60,976 nucleotides of DNA from Lytechinus pictus (taxonomy: Eukaryota). Positions within the stretch are counted from its first letter, which is position 1. Each line of letters starts with the position of its first letter. The stretch is taken from contig NC_087252.1 of assembly GCF_037042905.1 (NCBI RefSeq), positions 4,340,001 through 4,400,976 on the forward strand, read 5' to 3'. The position numbers and the translations under genes were made by a program. Below are positions 24,195-35,055 of this stretch, one piece after another. The notes beneath the pieces were generated by a model. It was not told the origin of the DNA. It worked only from the letters and a program-made list of their open reading frames with translations, and made no database searches.

Positions 24195-25463
24195 CATAGG
24201 AGTATCGACGGTTTGCTGATCGCGCATATTAAAAGTGAGGTCATGTCAGTTGTTGTACACACTATGTCATAATCTAAACTACTGAAATAGCAAGCATGTA
24301 GCCCCTTTTTTTCTAATTCTCACCTTGGTTTTGTGCAATAATAAAGATATAAATGTTAGGCGATTGTTTCGGTCTTCCTTACCAACTACCGTCAATCCTT
24401 ATGGCATTGAAATTATTTGTAAGGCTTGGGACATAAAGTGGCAATTATACTGTACTTTGCAGTTGGTTTCGCGCTGTCGTATATAGACCAATTCTGTTCG
24501 GATGCTGTTTATTATGGTAATTTATAACTGTGGGGAGGGGGGGGTGGGCTTCAAGTTTGACAAAAAATTGATGATTTATGCACTGACATAACAACGCGGC
24601 TGGCCCGATGTATAATCCATTAAAGATGCTTTTTTCTCAGCTTATGGCGGCCATATATTAGAGAGCTCCAAGTCGATTTGTCATGATTACAGCTTATGTC
24701 GAAGTGTTGCGGTGAGATGCGTTGTGGTTTTACGCTAACCACACCCTTCGAGAAAGCCCCCCCCCCCCTCCCTTTGTCTCAAATGGTTGTGTTAAGAACC
24801 AATTGGTGCGTTAACGCAACATTCGAGATAAACGACGAGGATGGGGCTTGACTCGAAAGGTTGCAATAATGTAATTAAATACTGAACATGACATTCAGCT
24901 TGACTGTCTTATGAATATCAATATAACTGAAATGTATTTGTAAAAACTTTGCACAATTGACAGGGGCCACGGAACCGAAGGTGCTCCAGCCCCCCCCCCC
25001 CCCCCCACACGCACTTATTCCAAGGCCGTGTAGAAAAACTCAAAACTACCATCTGAAAGTATTTTTTGTACAGTTTCATAAAAGTTCTCTGACCCCTGCT
25101 ACATTACACATTTTTATACATTTAAGTTAACTATTTGATATTGTTTGTTATTAGACTAGTTTACATGAAAACAAATCCAAGCGGGAGGCTTTTCTCAAAG
25201 GGTTGGGTTAAAGCACTGCACCGCAATTAAATACTTCGAGATAAGCCCATGGTTAAATGGATCGTCAAATGAATTTCCCTTGTTTTAATTAAGTAAGTTA
25301 CAAGCTTTATTCCAGTGTGGTCTACAGTTACAGTGAATACATTTCAGAAGTGCATTTTTTATATATACAGTATAACTCTACTTTTGAAGGGAAAAAAAGA
25401 AGACCACAACTGGTAGCCTGATATTTAGAATGACCTTAACTAATTCTACTTTCAGAAAGCAGC

Positions 25464-28400
25464 ATGCCATTTGCAGCACCAGACACAGTCTCAGAGCTGA
25501 ACGAGCAGAAAGATGGTTTTAATGCTGAGTTATACGCAAGCATGGACGTACTTCATAAACGGGAAATCCGAAATCACCTGAGAGATATTGTCGAACTGAG
25601 ACATAAAGGTACGTACAGTACTGATGAAACGATGATCAGCAAGCTTGATCAGTTGAGGCAATTGATGAATGTACCTAAGGAAAAATGGATCGAACATTAT
25701 GATGATGAAATTATTGATGACATGATTACCAATATGCTATCCGACATAAAGCACCTTGAACAATTAGTTGAAGGTAAACCAAAAAATAGTGCAGCAGAAA
25801 TTCTGGAAAATGCTTCAGGAGGGTTAGCTTTGAGGGGTATTCTAGTGGGGGAAGCATATCATGATGATTGCATGAAATGTGTTGTGCTTAGCACACCAAC
25901 GGATATTAAACTAATGAATCCTACAATGAAACAAATTGACGGTGCAGTGCACTTCTCCTCCAAAGCACAGTCCGATCATTTCCACCAATCTCTAGATACA
26001 ATGGGATACAGTGTTGCCTGTCTTGTGAAAGACGGGGGCTGGGGCTTTAAAGCGGAGGCCAGTTTTTCCAAGATGTTCGAGAAGGCAGATGAAAAAGAAT
26101 CAGAATCTTACGAACGTACCCATTTTGAATCAAGTGTAAAATATTCTGTTATTCCAACTGCTGCTTGTGAGCTGAATCCACACAGCTTAAAACTATCCTC
26201 ACAAGCTTTGGACGAGCTCAAAACCATTGACAAACTTTTGGTAGGAGACAAAAACCCAGACCTTGTGTACGAAAAATGTGAGGGATTTCTTAAAGCATAT
26301 GGGTCACACATCAATGCTGGGATACTTCATTTCGGTGGGGTTTACCACATTGCAGCTACATGCACAAGCGAGTCTAAATCCGAAGAAGTTAAGAATATGG
26401 TTCGAGGTGCACTAAGTGCATATGCTTCAGCCAGCTATTTTGGATTCGGAGCCAGTATGGATGCCAATAACATAAAACCGACTGACAATTTAACAGATAT
26501 CCATGATGAATCAGACCAGGCCGAAACCACCTTGCACACTACCAGAATAGGTGGGCCACAGGAAGTAAGTGCCTTTCCACTGTGGAAAATTGGTCTTGTG
26601 ACATGCAGTAACACCTGGGCTCTTATAGATAGAGGAAAGTCGCTTTTCACCGATCTAGTTGGAATCTGGAAGCTGATTCCTAACCATAAAGATGACTTCC
26701 TAGAACCAGATGAACTTGAGTCTTCATTGATGACAGTATGGATGAGCAGTTTTCTTGGATCCAGTGACCAAGGACGAACTTTCGTAGAAAGTTTTGATGA
26801 AATAGATCTACTGGTTGACAGGATTGGCAAATGGAATTCTAATCCAATACGACCAGAAAAGTGCATTGAATACCTCCAAGACGTGCTGAAAACGGTGGAA
26901 CAGGTTGAGGCTCAGACTAACACGACTAAGTACTGGGATGACAAGTTATGCACTGGCGTAAACATAAGCAACTTCTTTAGGAAGATCATGGAACTGACCA
27001 AAAATCTTGACTCAAAAGACGTGTTTATGGTACAGTATTTGATTGCAAAGCTTGTTAGTGTGGTTGGACCTAGAGAGTTCCCTGAAAAACATAAGATTAA
27101 TGCGTGGCTTCAGGTTATCACAAAAACCGTGAAAATCCAACCTATACTAGCTAATGTTATCGTCCAGAGCATACCTGATCTTTTACAGAATCTTAATGAA
27201 AGATTCATACCATCATTTCAATCTGAACATGCACGTAAAGAAGAGCTAAACGTGTATGTATTTGACTGTATCAATGCAGGAGCGACAGTTGAATTGTCCA
27301 TTTGTGTTGGTCAGCTTCTGAACAATTTGCAAGCATCTGGGGAAGCACATGAAATGTTCTTTTTGAAAATTGCCCTATTGTCGCTTCAATATCATTGGCC
27401 TACAAAGAGGTTTAAAACCCCTATTGTAGTGACGAAGCTTCGGGAATTTGTTCAGTCAACAGAAGTGTTGTGGAAAGAATTTCAAGTAAAGAAAGAGAAA
27501 GGGATAATCCAGCTCGAGGCGTTTCTTATCCAGACCCTTCTGACCTCTGGCCAGTTCGATGAAGGAAATAATTCATCAGAAGATGAATTGTCTGAGATAA
27601 CTAGGGATATTAGGCAGGTGTTATCACCCGAATTAAACAAAGTCATGAACGATTATGCCACTCATTCACCTTATCAATGGGTTGAGATCCTTACTACTAC
27701 TGCTGAACTAGCAAATGGGAACATGGCAAGTTCTAAGGAAAAAGAAATGGACATCGGAGATTTGAAAAGCATACTTGGCTCCCAAGACAGAAATTCACAA
27801 TTAGATAGATCACGTAAAATAACCAATTCAGATCTCCCCGCACAAGAAAATTTTTCAGATATTCTGAATACTCTTGGCTTAGACATGTACTATCCATCAA
27901 AGATTACCCTCTTGGATGTCACGGTCATTAAAAAGGCCACTGGGCCCCTCAAGCTGGTTGACCTTCCCTGGAGGATTATACACAAAATCCTGATGATTGA
28001 TTTTCATGCAAGAGACGAATTTTTGCCAATGGTGAGCAAATCACGAAAACAAGAGATATCTAATGCATCTAATGAGGGAGGTCAATTAGACTTTGAAGCA
28101 ATTCTTCGTAAAGTGAAAGACACTAGTGATGGCGGAGGTAAGATAAAACATCTTAACACTTTGGATGTACTGGTGGCAACATTTACTTGCTGCGACAACT
28201 TTCTAAAACAAACACTTGCTCAAAAGATGTTTGTTTGCAAACTTGCCATTCCTTTTCTTTACCCTCTAAGATCAGAAGGAATTATGGGGATGTCACTATG
28301 GGCACTCAGGGCGATAACTGTTCAGTGGCAAACTAACGAAAATGTAGTTTCCGAAGCGTCAGTGACAGAAAAACCTTTCCCATTGGTGACGTTTGTCAGA

Positions 28401-31400
28401 TTGGGCAGGCCACCGCTTTCTAAGTCCAAGCTAGTTAATGATATCATTAGGGATGAAAGCCATGACACCTTTTTCCATCATGATTGCAACAGTGGTACCA
28501 TACCGAGAAGGATTACTGATGGTCTTGTGGAATGTTCCTGGTTCATATCAGGGGGAAAGGAGAAAGAACACCTACCAGCCACAACAATGCTCCTAAATCT
28601 GAGAGGCGATGGCTCGTTAATGATAAAACAGATGCAAATCTTGCAGGAAATATCATCTGTAATGTTGGTCATGGCCACTGCTAAGGACCTAGCAAGAGCC
28701 CCAAACACTAACACATGTCAACAGATTTTGAAATCTAGATGTAATGTCATCCTCTTCGTGATTAGTGAGTATAACAAACAAGGTAAACAGGAACTAAGTA
28801 AGGAACTGCGAGCAGGTTTCAAGGCAGTTGGCCATGGTCTTTTGAAAGGAGTTCCAATTATTCTATCGAGCACATTCCAAGGTAGTAAGAAAAATGCCAG
28901 TGAGCTCAAGACTGAAATTCGAGTAGAGCTCTCAGAGCTCATTGCTGGTTGTTCTGCTATATCCATAGAAAAGTATGCTCGACGTGCGAAGGAATTTGGG
29001 GTCATGATAGATGAGTACGATGGTGAAGCCTGCTTGAAAGGTAAGCGCTTTGCAGAAAATGTTGTCAAACACTTGAAAGGTATAGACATCGCTGACTGTA
29101 AACGCCTCCTTCTTCCCCTGCAGGGTGCTGAATGGATTGATTACTGCAAGCTGGTAAAGATGCATCACAGAACAAGTGGCAAGGGTTCGCAGTCGTCATC
29201 AGAATACCATGCTGATAGGATGAAACAGAAGATCGACCTTCTTCGTGAAAAACAAGTGGAAATATGCCACAACAGACTCAGTCCTTTCATTACAGACTTT
29301 ATGTCAACTCTGAATGAGGACCGTGAGATTGTAATGTATTTCCTAAAATGGATGACCATCCTATTCGACGAGAAATCGAGGACCTACTTGCCAGGTTTGC
29401 GCAGGAGATATCACGAGGTATGGTTAGAGTTCCAGGTGGCAAAGAAAATACAGAGGAATGGAGACTTGCAGGACTTGAAACAAAAAGTGGATTTAGTAGA
29501 AAATCAGCTGGCCCGTGCATCACTTGGAGTGGAAAATCTTTTCAGAGAACTAGGACAGATTTACGAGGCAATGAAAAGCAGCAAAATAGGAAAAAATACT
29601 AAGGCAGTCGTAGAGAATCTGCCAGAAATAGCAGCAAATTTGCTATTAATTGGCATCCCCTTGGAGTTGGTAGATGGAGACGCATCAAGTGTACCTATTG
29701 AATGGGTGAGCGCAGTGCTATGCAAGCTTGAAAACATTATCGGCGAAAAGAAACTTTTTGTCATCGCTGTCTTAGGCATCCAGAGCTCTGGAAAATCTAC
29801 ACTTCTAAACACCATGTTTGGGTTGCAGTTTGCTGTCAGTGCAGGCAGATGCACAAGGGGAGCATACATGCAGCTCATACCAGTAGAAGAAGACGCATAT
29901 CTGCCATTCAGTTATGTTGTTGTGATTGATACAGAGGGCCTCCGGTCACCAGAGCTAGAACAACTTAATTACGACCACGATAATGAGCTGGCAACCCTCG
30001 TAATTGGACTGGGAGATGTAACCATGATCAACATAAAAGGAGAAAACACGACCGAAATTAAAGACATTCTACAGATTGCAGTGCATGCATCCTTAAGAAG
30101 GAATCTGGTCAGGAAACACATCCGAGACCACGCAACATGTATATTTGTTCATCAGAATGTCCCAGCAGCTAACGCAGAAGAACTGATGATGCATGGATGC
30201 CAGAGGCTACAGGAGGACTTAGATGATATCACCAAAGAGGCAGCCCTTAGTGAGAGCATAGCAAACGTTAACAGTTTCTCACAGATTATCAGCTTTGATG
30301 TCCAAAACCACGTTTGGTACTTTTCTGATCTCTGGCATGGCGATCCACCCATGGCCCCTGCAAACCCTGGCTACAGTGAAAAGGTAGATGCAGTCAGGTT
30401 TAACCTTTTGGGAGAGATTGCAGAGGGGCAGAAAACATTTCTGACAACTTCAGATCTGGCAATTCGCCTTAATGATCTATGGAATGGGGTCCTTGCTGAT
30501 GACTTTGTATTTAGCTTCCGTAACAGTCTTGAGGTGAAAGTCTACAATGGTTTGCAATCGAAGTACTACACTTTGGAATGGGATATGCAAAATAAGATGA
30601 AATATTGGTTGCTGACCGCAGAGACCAAGTTGAAGATGTGTGTAACTGTGAATGACCTAGAAAGTTCCTTTGTGTCTCTTAAAGGAGAACTCTTACGAGT
30701 TCTGAGTGAAAAAGCCATGGAAATTGAATTTCGTCTGAGAGATTACTTCGAAGAGAGTAACCTACAAGGAATAGTAATCCAGTGGCAGCATTCCAAGTTC
30801 AACCAATTCGACTCAGCAGTACAACAACAACAATATGAAAGCAAAGCAGATCTGCTCTCAATAAAAGAAGCACGCCGAGTGGAAATCTTGCAGACTCAAA
30901 AGTGGTCAGAGCATGAGGCATACATCATGGACAAAGCAGTTGAATTGGCAGACAAACTGAAAGGCAACGAAGCGAGTAATAATGAACTGGAAAAGAGGTT
31001 TGATATCATGTGGAGATTAATGGTGCGCGAACTGGCAGCAGAGACTGAAGACACGAAGCTGCAAATGGATATAGTGATGGAAGAAATTCTTCGCATAAGA
31101 TTTTTTTCACATAGAGCCGTTCTTAAACTTGAGCTAAAGCAATCTCCTCTGAGTTCTTCACTAGAGCAGATGTCCTTGGAAAACAGTATCACTTATGGTG
31201 ATATTTCAAACGAACACATCTGTTTGAAAGCCACTCGATGGGAAAATGGCAAGAACCTTGTTGGTTTCGGCGATAATTTACGGGCCGCCAAGCAAATGAC
31301 AGTTGTGCTGACAAACAGAATCTTCAAAGAAATCGACACTTATTTAAAAGGTCTGTCTAATCAGGACGTAAAATTCCAAAAGGGTCATGCGACAGAGGTC

Positions 31401-32780
31401 ATACAAAAGCTTGTAACGGAAATAGACGCTTACAATCAAGAAGCACTTATGTCTAAAAATTACAATTTCACGATTCTCCCCGACTATGTGGTAAAATTAG
31501 CAGTTCATGTAAGCCGTCACTGTGTCCAGGTGTTCAGCTTGATGCAATCTGAGTATAACAGCAAATATGGCGTAAAGGCAAAAATACAAGACTACAAGAA
31601 CACCGCCTTCAGTCTTTTCAAGAACCAGGTCAAACAGAGCACTGAAGAGGTCGTGGCAGGTGACCTCTTGTGCACACATTTGATGAAGGTTGTAGAGGAG
31701 GCGGTAAAGAAGGCAATTCCGAGACAATGCGTAGATGAAGTTCTCAGAGACTTCCAGATGAGCAAGTACCACCTGATGGTGAAAATTATGGAAGACCTGG
31801 CTGTGAAAGCAAACTTCAAGGAATACGAATCCTTCATCAATAATGCCGAAGCATTTGCTTTTAGATGGATTACCGAGTACACAAATGAGAAGATGTTTAC
31901 GAGAAAAGATGGAGATGACATGTCTCGGTACGCACAGTTAGCTGCGTGTCATATAAAAAATATCATAAAATGTATTACCAAAAGTGTCAAGTATGCAACT
32001 GCTGAGGTCGAAGGGGGCAAAGGCATGAGGATGCCAATGTGGATTGAAAAGTTCTGCCACAAACTCTCGGCGAGAATAGCGGTACCAGTCAGCACTCTTA
32101 ACTGTGTGAGTGCTCGACCAATAGTTGATTTCAAGAATATGCAAAGGGTCATTCTTGATAAGTTAGATGAACAGGAAAATAATCTGATGTGCAGCTTTGC
32201 CAATGAAACAGCAAACACTATTGCTTGGGACGGGAAACCCCCACCACAGCAAATTCTAGACAAGATTTGGGGTTGTACTGAGAAGTGCCCATTCTGTGGG
32301 GAGCCATGTGCAGACACCACACCTGACCATTATTCATTATATAAGAGAAGTCACACGTGTGTGCAACACAGACCAAAAGGAATAAAGGGAATTTTCTGGC
32401 GTAGTGACTCTATTCGTGATGGCATCATAGTCTACAAGAAACAGCTAAATCACGAAAGCTGCAACTATTCCGTACAGCAAAAGGAACTTGAATTCTCGTG
32501 CCATGCCTGTAATTTCAAGTGCCGAAAATATGGAAAATGTACAACTACTGGCACAAACTGGGTGTCCCACAATAATACAGAGTACAAGACTTATCTTCAG
32601 GACTGGGACATAGCTCCTGATCCTACCAACAGCGTATCAAAATATTGGATGTGGTTTATGGCGACCTACCAACACCAGCTAAGGGATATGTACAACGTTC
32701 GATTACCGTCCATACCCGTTTCGTGGAGGACAATTACAAAACAAGAAGCCTTAACAGACCTGCGCAAAATCCACCACTAG
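25464..32780 (+). CDS. GVIN1: Interferon-induced very large GTPase 1-like protein (VLIG/GVIN1 family), 2438 aa, single long coding exon, with an N-terminal MACPF-like region
   Basis: Uninterrupted ORF. G1 GIQSSGKS (29775-29798), G2 RCTRG, G3 DTEG (29928-29939), FVHQNV, LWHGDPPMAP, FVFSFRN, and C-terminal CPFC...HRP...YWMWF, as in VLIG/URGCP proteins. A splice acceptor TTTCAG at 25450-25455 precedes the ATG, so an upstream exon is likely. Confidence 0.92.
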   Translation: MPFAAPDTVSELNEQKDGFNAELYASMDVLHKREIRNHLRDIVELRHKGTYSTDETMISKLDQLRQLMNVPKEKWIEHYDDEIIDDMITNMLSDIKHLEQLVEGKPKNSAAEILENASGGLALRGILVGEAYHDDCMKCVVLSTPTDIKLMNPTMKQIDGAVHFSSKAQSDHFHQSLDTMGYSVACLVKDGGWGFKAEASFSKMFEKADEKESESYERTHFESSVKYSVIPTAACELNPHSLKLSSQALDELKTIDKLLVGDKNPDLVYEKCEGFLKAYGSHINAGILHFGGVYHIAATCTSESKSEEVKNMVRGALSAYASASYFGFGASMDANNIKPTDNLTDIHDESDQAETTLHTTRIGGPQEVSAFPLWKIGLVTCSNTWALIDRGKSLFTDLVGIWKLIPNHKDDFLEPDELESSLMTVWMSSFLGSSDQGRTFVESFDEIDLLVDRIGKWNSNPIRPEKCIEYLQDVLKTVEQVEAQTNTTKYWDDKLCTGVNISNFFRKIMELTKNLDSKDVFMVQYLIAKLVSVVGPREFPEKHKINAWLQVITKTVKIQPILANVIVQSIPDLLQNLNERFIPSFQSEHARKEELNVYVFDCINAGATVELSICVGQLLNNLQASGEAHEMFFLKIALLSLQYHWPTKRFKTPIVVTKLREFVQSTEVLWKEFQVKKEKGIIQLEAFLIQTLLTSGQFDEGNNSSEDELSEITRDIRQVLSPELNKVMNDYATHSPYQWVEILTTTAELANGNMASSKEKEMDIGDLKSILGSQDRNSQLDRSRKITNSDLPAQENFSDILNTLGLDMYYPSKITLLDVTVIKKATGPLKLVDLPWRIIHKILMIDFHARDEFLPMVSKSRKQEISNASNEGGQLDFEAILRKVKDTSDGGGKIKHLNTLDVLVATFTCCDNFLKQTLAQKMFVCKLAIPFLYPLRSEGIMGMSLWALRAITVQWQTNENVVSEASVTEKPFPLVTFVRLGRPPLSKSKLVNDIIRDESHDTFFHHDCNSGTIPRRITDGLVECSWFISGGKEKEHLPATTMLLNLRGDGSLMIKQMQILQEISSVMLVMATAKDLARAPNTNTCQQILKSRCNVILFVISEYNKQGKQELSKELRAGFKAVGHGLLKGVPIILSSTFQGSKKNASELKTEIRVELSELIAGCSAISIEKYARRAKEFGVMIDEYDGEACLKGKRFAENVVKHLKGIDIADCKRLLLPLQGAEWIDYCKLVKMHHRTSGKGSQSSSEYHADRMKQKIDLLREKQVEICHNRLSPFITDFMSTLNEDREIVMYFLKWMTILFDEKSRTYLPGLRRRYHEVWLEFQVAKKIQRNGDLQDLKQKVDLVENQLARASLGVENLFRELGQIYEAMKSSKIGKNTKAVVENLPEIAANLLLIGIPLELVDGDASSVPIEWVSAVLCKLENIIGEKKLFVIAVLGIQSSGKSTLLNTMFGLQFAVSAGRCTRGAYMQLIPVEEDAYLPFSYVVVIDTEGLRSPELEQLNYDHDNELATLVIGLGDVTMINIKGENTTEIKDILQIAVHASLRRNLVRKHIRDHATCIFVHQNVPAANAEELMMHGCQRLQEDLDDITKEAALSESIANVNSFSQIISFDVQNHVWYFSDLWHGDPPMAPANPGYSEKVDAVRFNLLGEIAEGQKTFLTTSDLAIRLNDLWNGVLADDFVFSFRNSLEVKVYNGLQSKYYTLEWDMQNKMKYWLLTAETKLKMCVTVNDLESSFVSLKGELLRVLSEKAMEIEFRLRDYFEESNLQGIVIQWQHSKFNQFDSAVQQQQYESKADLLSIKEARRVEILQTQKWSEHEAYIMDKAVELADKLKGNEASNNELEKRFDIMWRLMVRELAAETEDTKLQMDIVMEEILRIRFFSHRAVLKLELKQSPLSSSLEQMSLENSITYGDISNEHICLKATRWENGKNLVGFGDNLRAAKQMTVVLTNRIFKEIDTYLKGLSNQDVKFQKGHATEVIQKLVTEIDAYNQEALMSKNYNFTILPDYVVKLAVHVSRHCVQVFSLMQSEYNSKYGVKAKIQDYKNTAFSLFKNQVKQSTEEVVAGDLLCTHLMKVVEEAVKKAIPRQCVDEVLRDFQMSKYHLMVKIMEDLAVKANFKEYESFINNAEAFAFRWITEYTNEKMFTRKDGDDMSRYAQLAACHIKNIIKCITKSVKYATAEVEGGKGMRMPMWIEKFCHKLSARIAVPVSTLNCVSARPIVDFKNMQRVILDKLDEQENNLMCSFANETANTIAWDGKPPPQQILDKIWGCTEKCPFCGEPCADTTPDHYSLYKRSHTCVQHRPKGIKGIFWRSDSIRDGIIVYKKQLNHESCNYSVQQKELEFSCHACNFKCRKYGKCTTTGTNWVSHNNTEYKTYLQDWDIAPDPTNSVSKYWMWFMATYQHQLRDMYNVRLPSIPVSWRTITKQEALTDLRKIHH

Positions 32781-33415
32781 ATCATCACTAAACTGCGGTG
32801 TGATACGGTAGAAAATGTCAGGGATATAAAAGTCAGTGGCAAAAAATACAACACATGTTTTCCTTCTCATTCATTTGTTAGTTTACTTAACGTATTCACT
32901 AACCTGTGACTTCCAGTGTCATCTGAATAATGTTCCCTTTATATTTTTCTACTTTGGTCCTAAGACGTCAATTAGTCCATGAGTTGAAAGAAGCAGGCGG
33001 TGAGTAAACACTGATCCTTTTAATGATCAGAGTCATCAGATATGCCTTGATAGACAAAATAGGTAATACACCTGCGTGTTCTCATTAAGATGCGCATAAT
33101 CAGGTGGTGACTATCGTCTAATTCTTTATGAACTTTCAGAAGCTAACTGACATAACAGGTAGAGGGGCTTTCGTGGATGAAAAAATATTAAAATCCATAT
33201 TTCATTGTTCGAAATAGACATAAGAAATGAAATATTCCGAAAAATTTGTTTTGCCAATTATTGATCGTGGACCTGGCAGCCGCTGTGCAGCGCCAGATCG
33301 GCGAGGCTCTATCATGTCTATACCTATAAGAACGCCAAACAGCGTACAGGATAGCAGCAACTTCCATCCTCCCGGTAGTGAGAAGGACACTCTACCAACT
33401 GAGCCAACACACCTG

Positions 33416-33528
33416 GGGCCTGTTGCATAAAAATTTGCCATATAAAACTCTGGCAATTTTTTTTTTGCAAGAAATTTGTAATTTTCAATGGCATAATGTT
33501 GTTTGCCAGAGTTTTATGCAACGGGCCC
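33416..33528. mobile_element. Harbinger-like MITE (CTG TSD)
   Basis: CTG|GGGCCTGTTGCATAAAA...TTTTATGCAACGGGCCC|CTG. A degenerate minus-strand tRNA-like SINE head lies just to the left (~33360-33410). Confidence 0.7.
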
Positions 33529-35055
33529 CTGATCTCGGCTAGTGAATGTTGCATTTCACAAGATGTTTTCCTGAAATTACTGTAAATAACAAAACTGTCG
33601 AATGCTCGAAGTTGTACGGGTGGATGTAGAGTGGACGAATCAATTTCGACCGTAATTCCAAGTGTTGATTATGGAATATATTTCAGCAACAGTGACTGCT
33701 TGAAATGCATGATGAATTGTTCATGGCGCTTCAAGAATATAAATATACACATAAACAAATACTGAAATAGAATAAGAATATAAATTGACATTCTCCTGAA
33801 CATAATTTTTTTTTAGATACTTACTATGGTTAATGAGAGGGGAACAAATATGTCTTATTTGGAAATTGCATGTTTTTGTTGATGAAAGCTCGCGTAATTG
33901 CATAGGTGAGTAAGGTAGGTTTCCTTCACTTTGTTCACATAGTGGTGGATTATTTTTAAATGCTGTAGTATTTACAAGGTGCTATTAACTCCACATTTAT
34001 TTGTTTCTTCTAAGAAATGTTGCCAATTAGATGTCATTAACTTCGCATAAGTAATTTATAATGAGATATATTTCGTGCACGATGTCTATGTTGGATACTT
34101 TGGTGATGTATATTGTCTTTTTAAGAGGCAACCACCCGCACATGATTTTTTTGGTTTCTTGTGAGATGTAAGCAAGGTAAGATGTTGTAATACAGGCTTG
34201 CTGGGCAAATATCATGACGAAATCTCCTATATTGGGTACAAGAAATAAATTTATATAACTATAATATTTTGTAAATTGCAAAGCTTGTGGTTGTTATGAC
34301 ATATATTGGGTATAAGATATATGTGTTCTGAAATGCTTTGCCTCTGTTATATTGTTTATAGTAAAAGTTAAAGCTGTTCCGGCGAATTTCCGAACCATTC
34401 ATACATGTACATGTATTTCATAGGGAATTAATTTCAGCTTCACTTTAGTACTCCCGTCAGCTCTGCATCAGTAAATGATAAATGTTACCACGAACTCCTG
34501 AAACGAAGTCAGTTGATTCTGTGTAATTCTAGAAGTTATACCTAGAAAAGGTCTTCGTCGTATTTTCTATTACAGTCTTGGATTATGGCATTACAAAGAG
34601 TAACATTATTTTGAACTATTAGAAAATGCGAACAATCTTCAAGCTTTTAAAAGGAAGTATAAAGTATAATCATTTGAATCCTATTCGGAATTTCTGCTCT
34701 TTGTAACAAACATTTATCTCCATCATGATTTTAGCGGCACAATTCAAATGTAATTCACATTGTTTACGGGTGATGAAAATAATTCAGAATGCTTAGGCCA
34801 CCCACTGTCTCATCCTATTACTCTTTTTAAGTTTTATAGTAATTTTTTTTCCATGCTGTTCTTGTTATTTTGGCATTTAAATATAATTTGTATATATTCA
34901 TGGTTTATGTAATGGATTAACTTGAACAAACGATTGAATCGTTCGATGAGATATTCGTGAAAAAATAATAAACGAAATATAATCATTGCCTTAGAATGAA
35001 TATGTTCATATCATACAACTTTGGGGAAAATCTGAATAACTTTTTGGATTAGAGG

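Noticed and set aside
25270-25279. NF-kB-like site (GGGAAATTCA on the minus strand) upstream of VLIG
   Set aside because: A single imperfect 10-mer is expected by chance and the TSS is unknown.
26108-32320. Numerous antisense and alternative-frame ORFs over the VLIG ORF
   Set aside because: Shadow ORFs of a long coding sequence, with no independent motifs.
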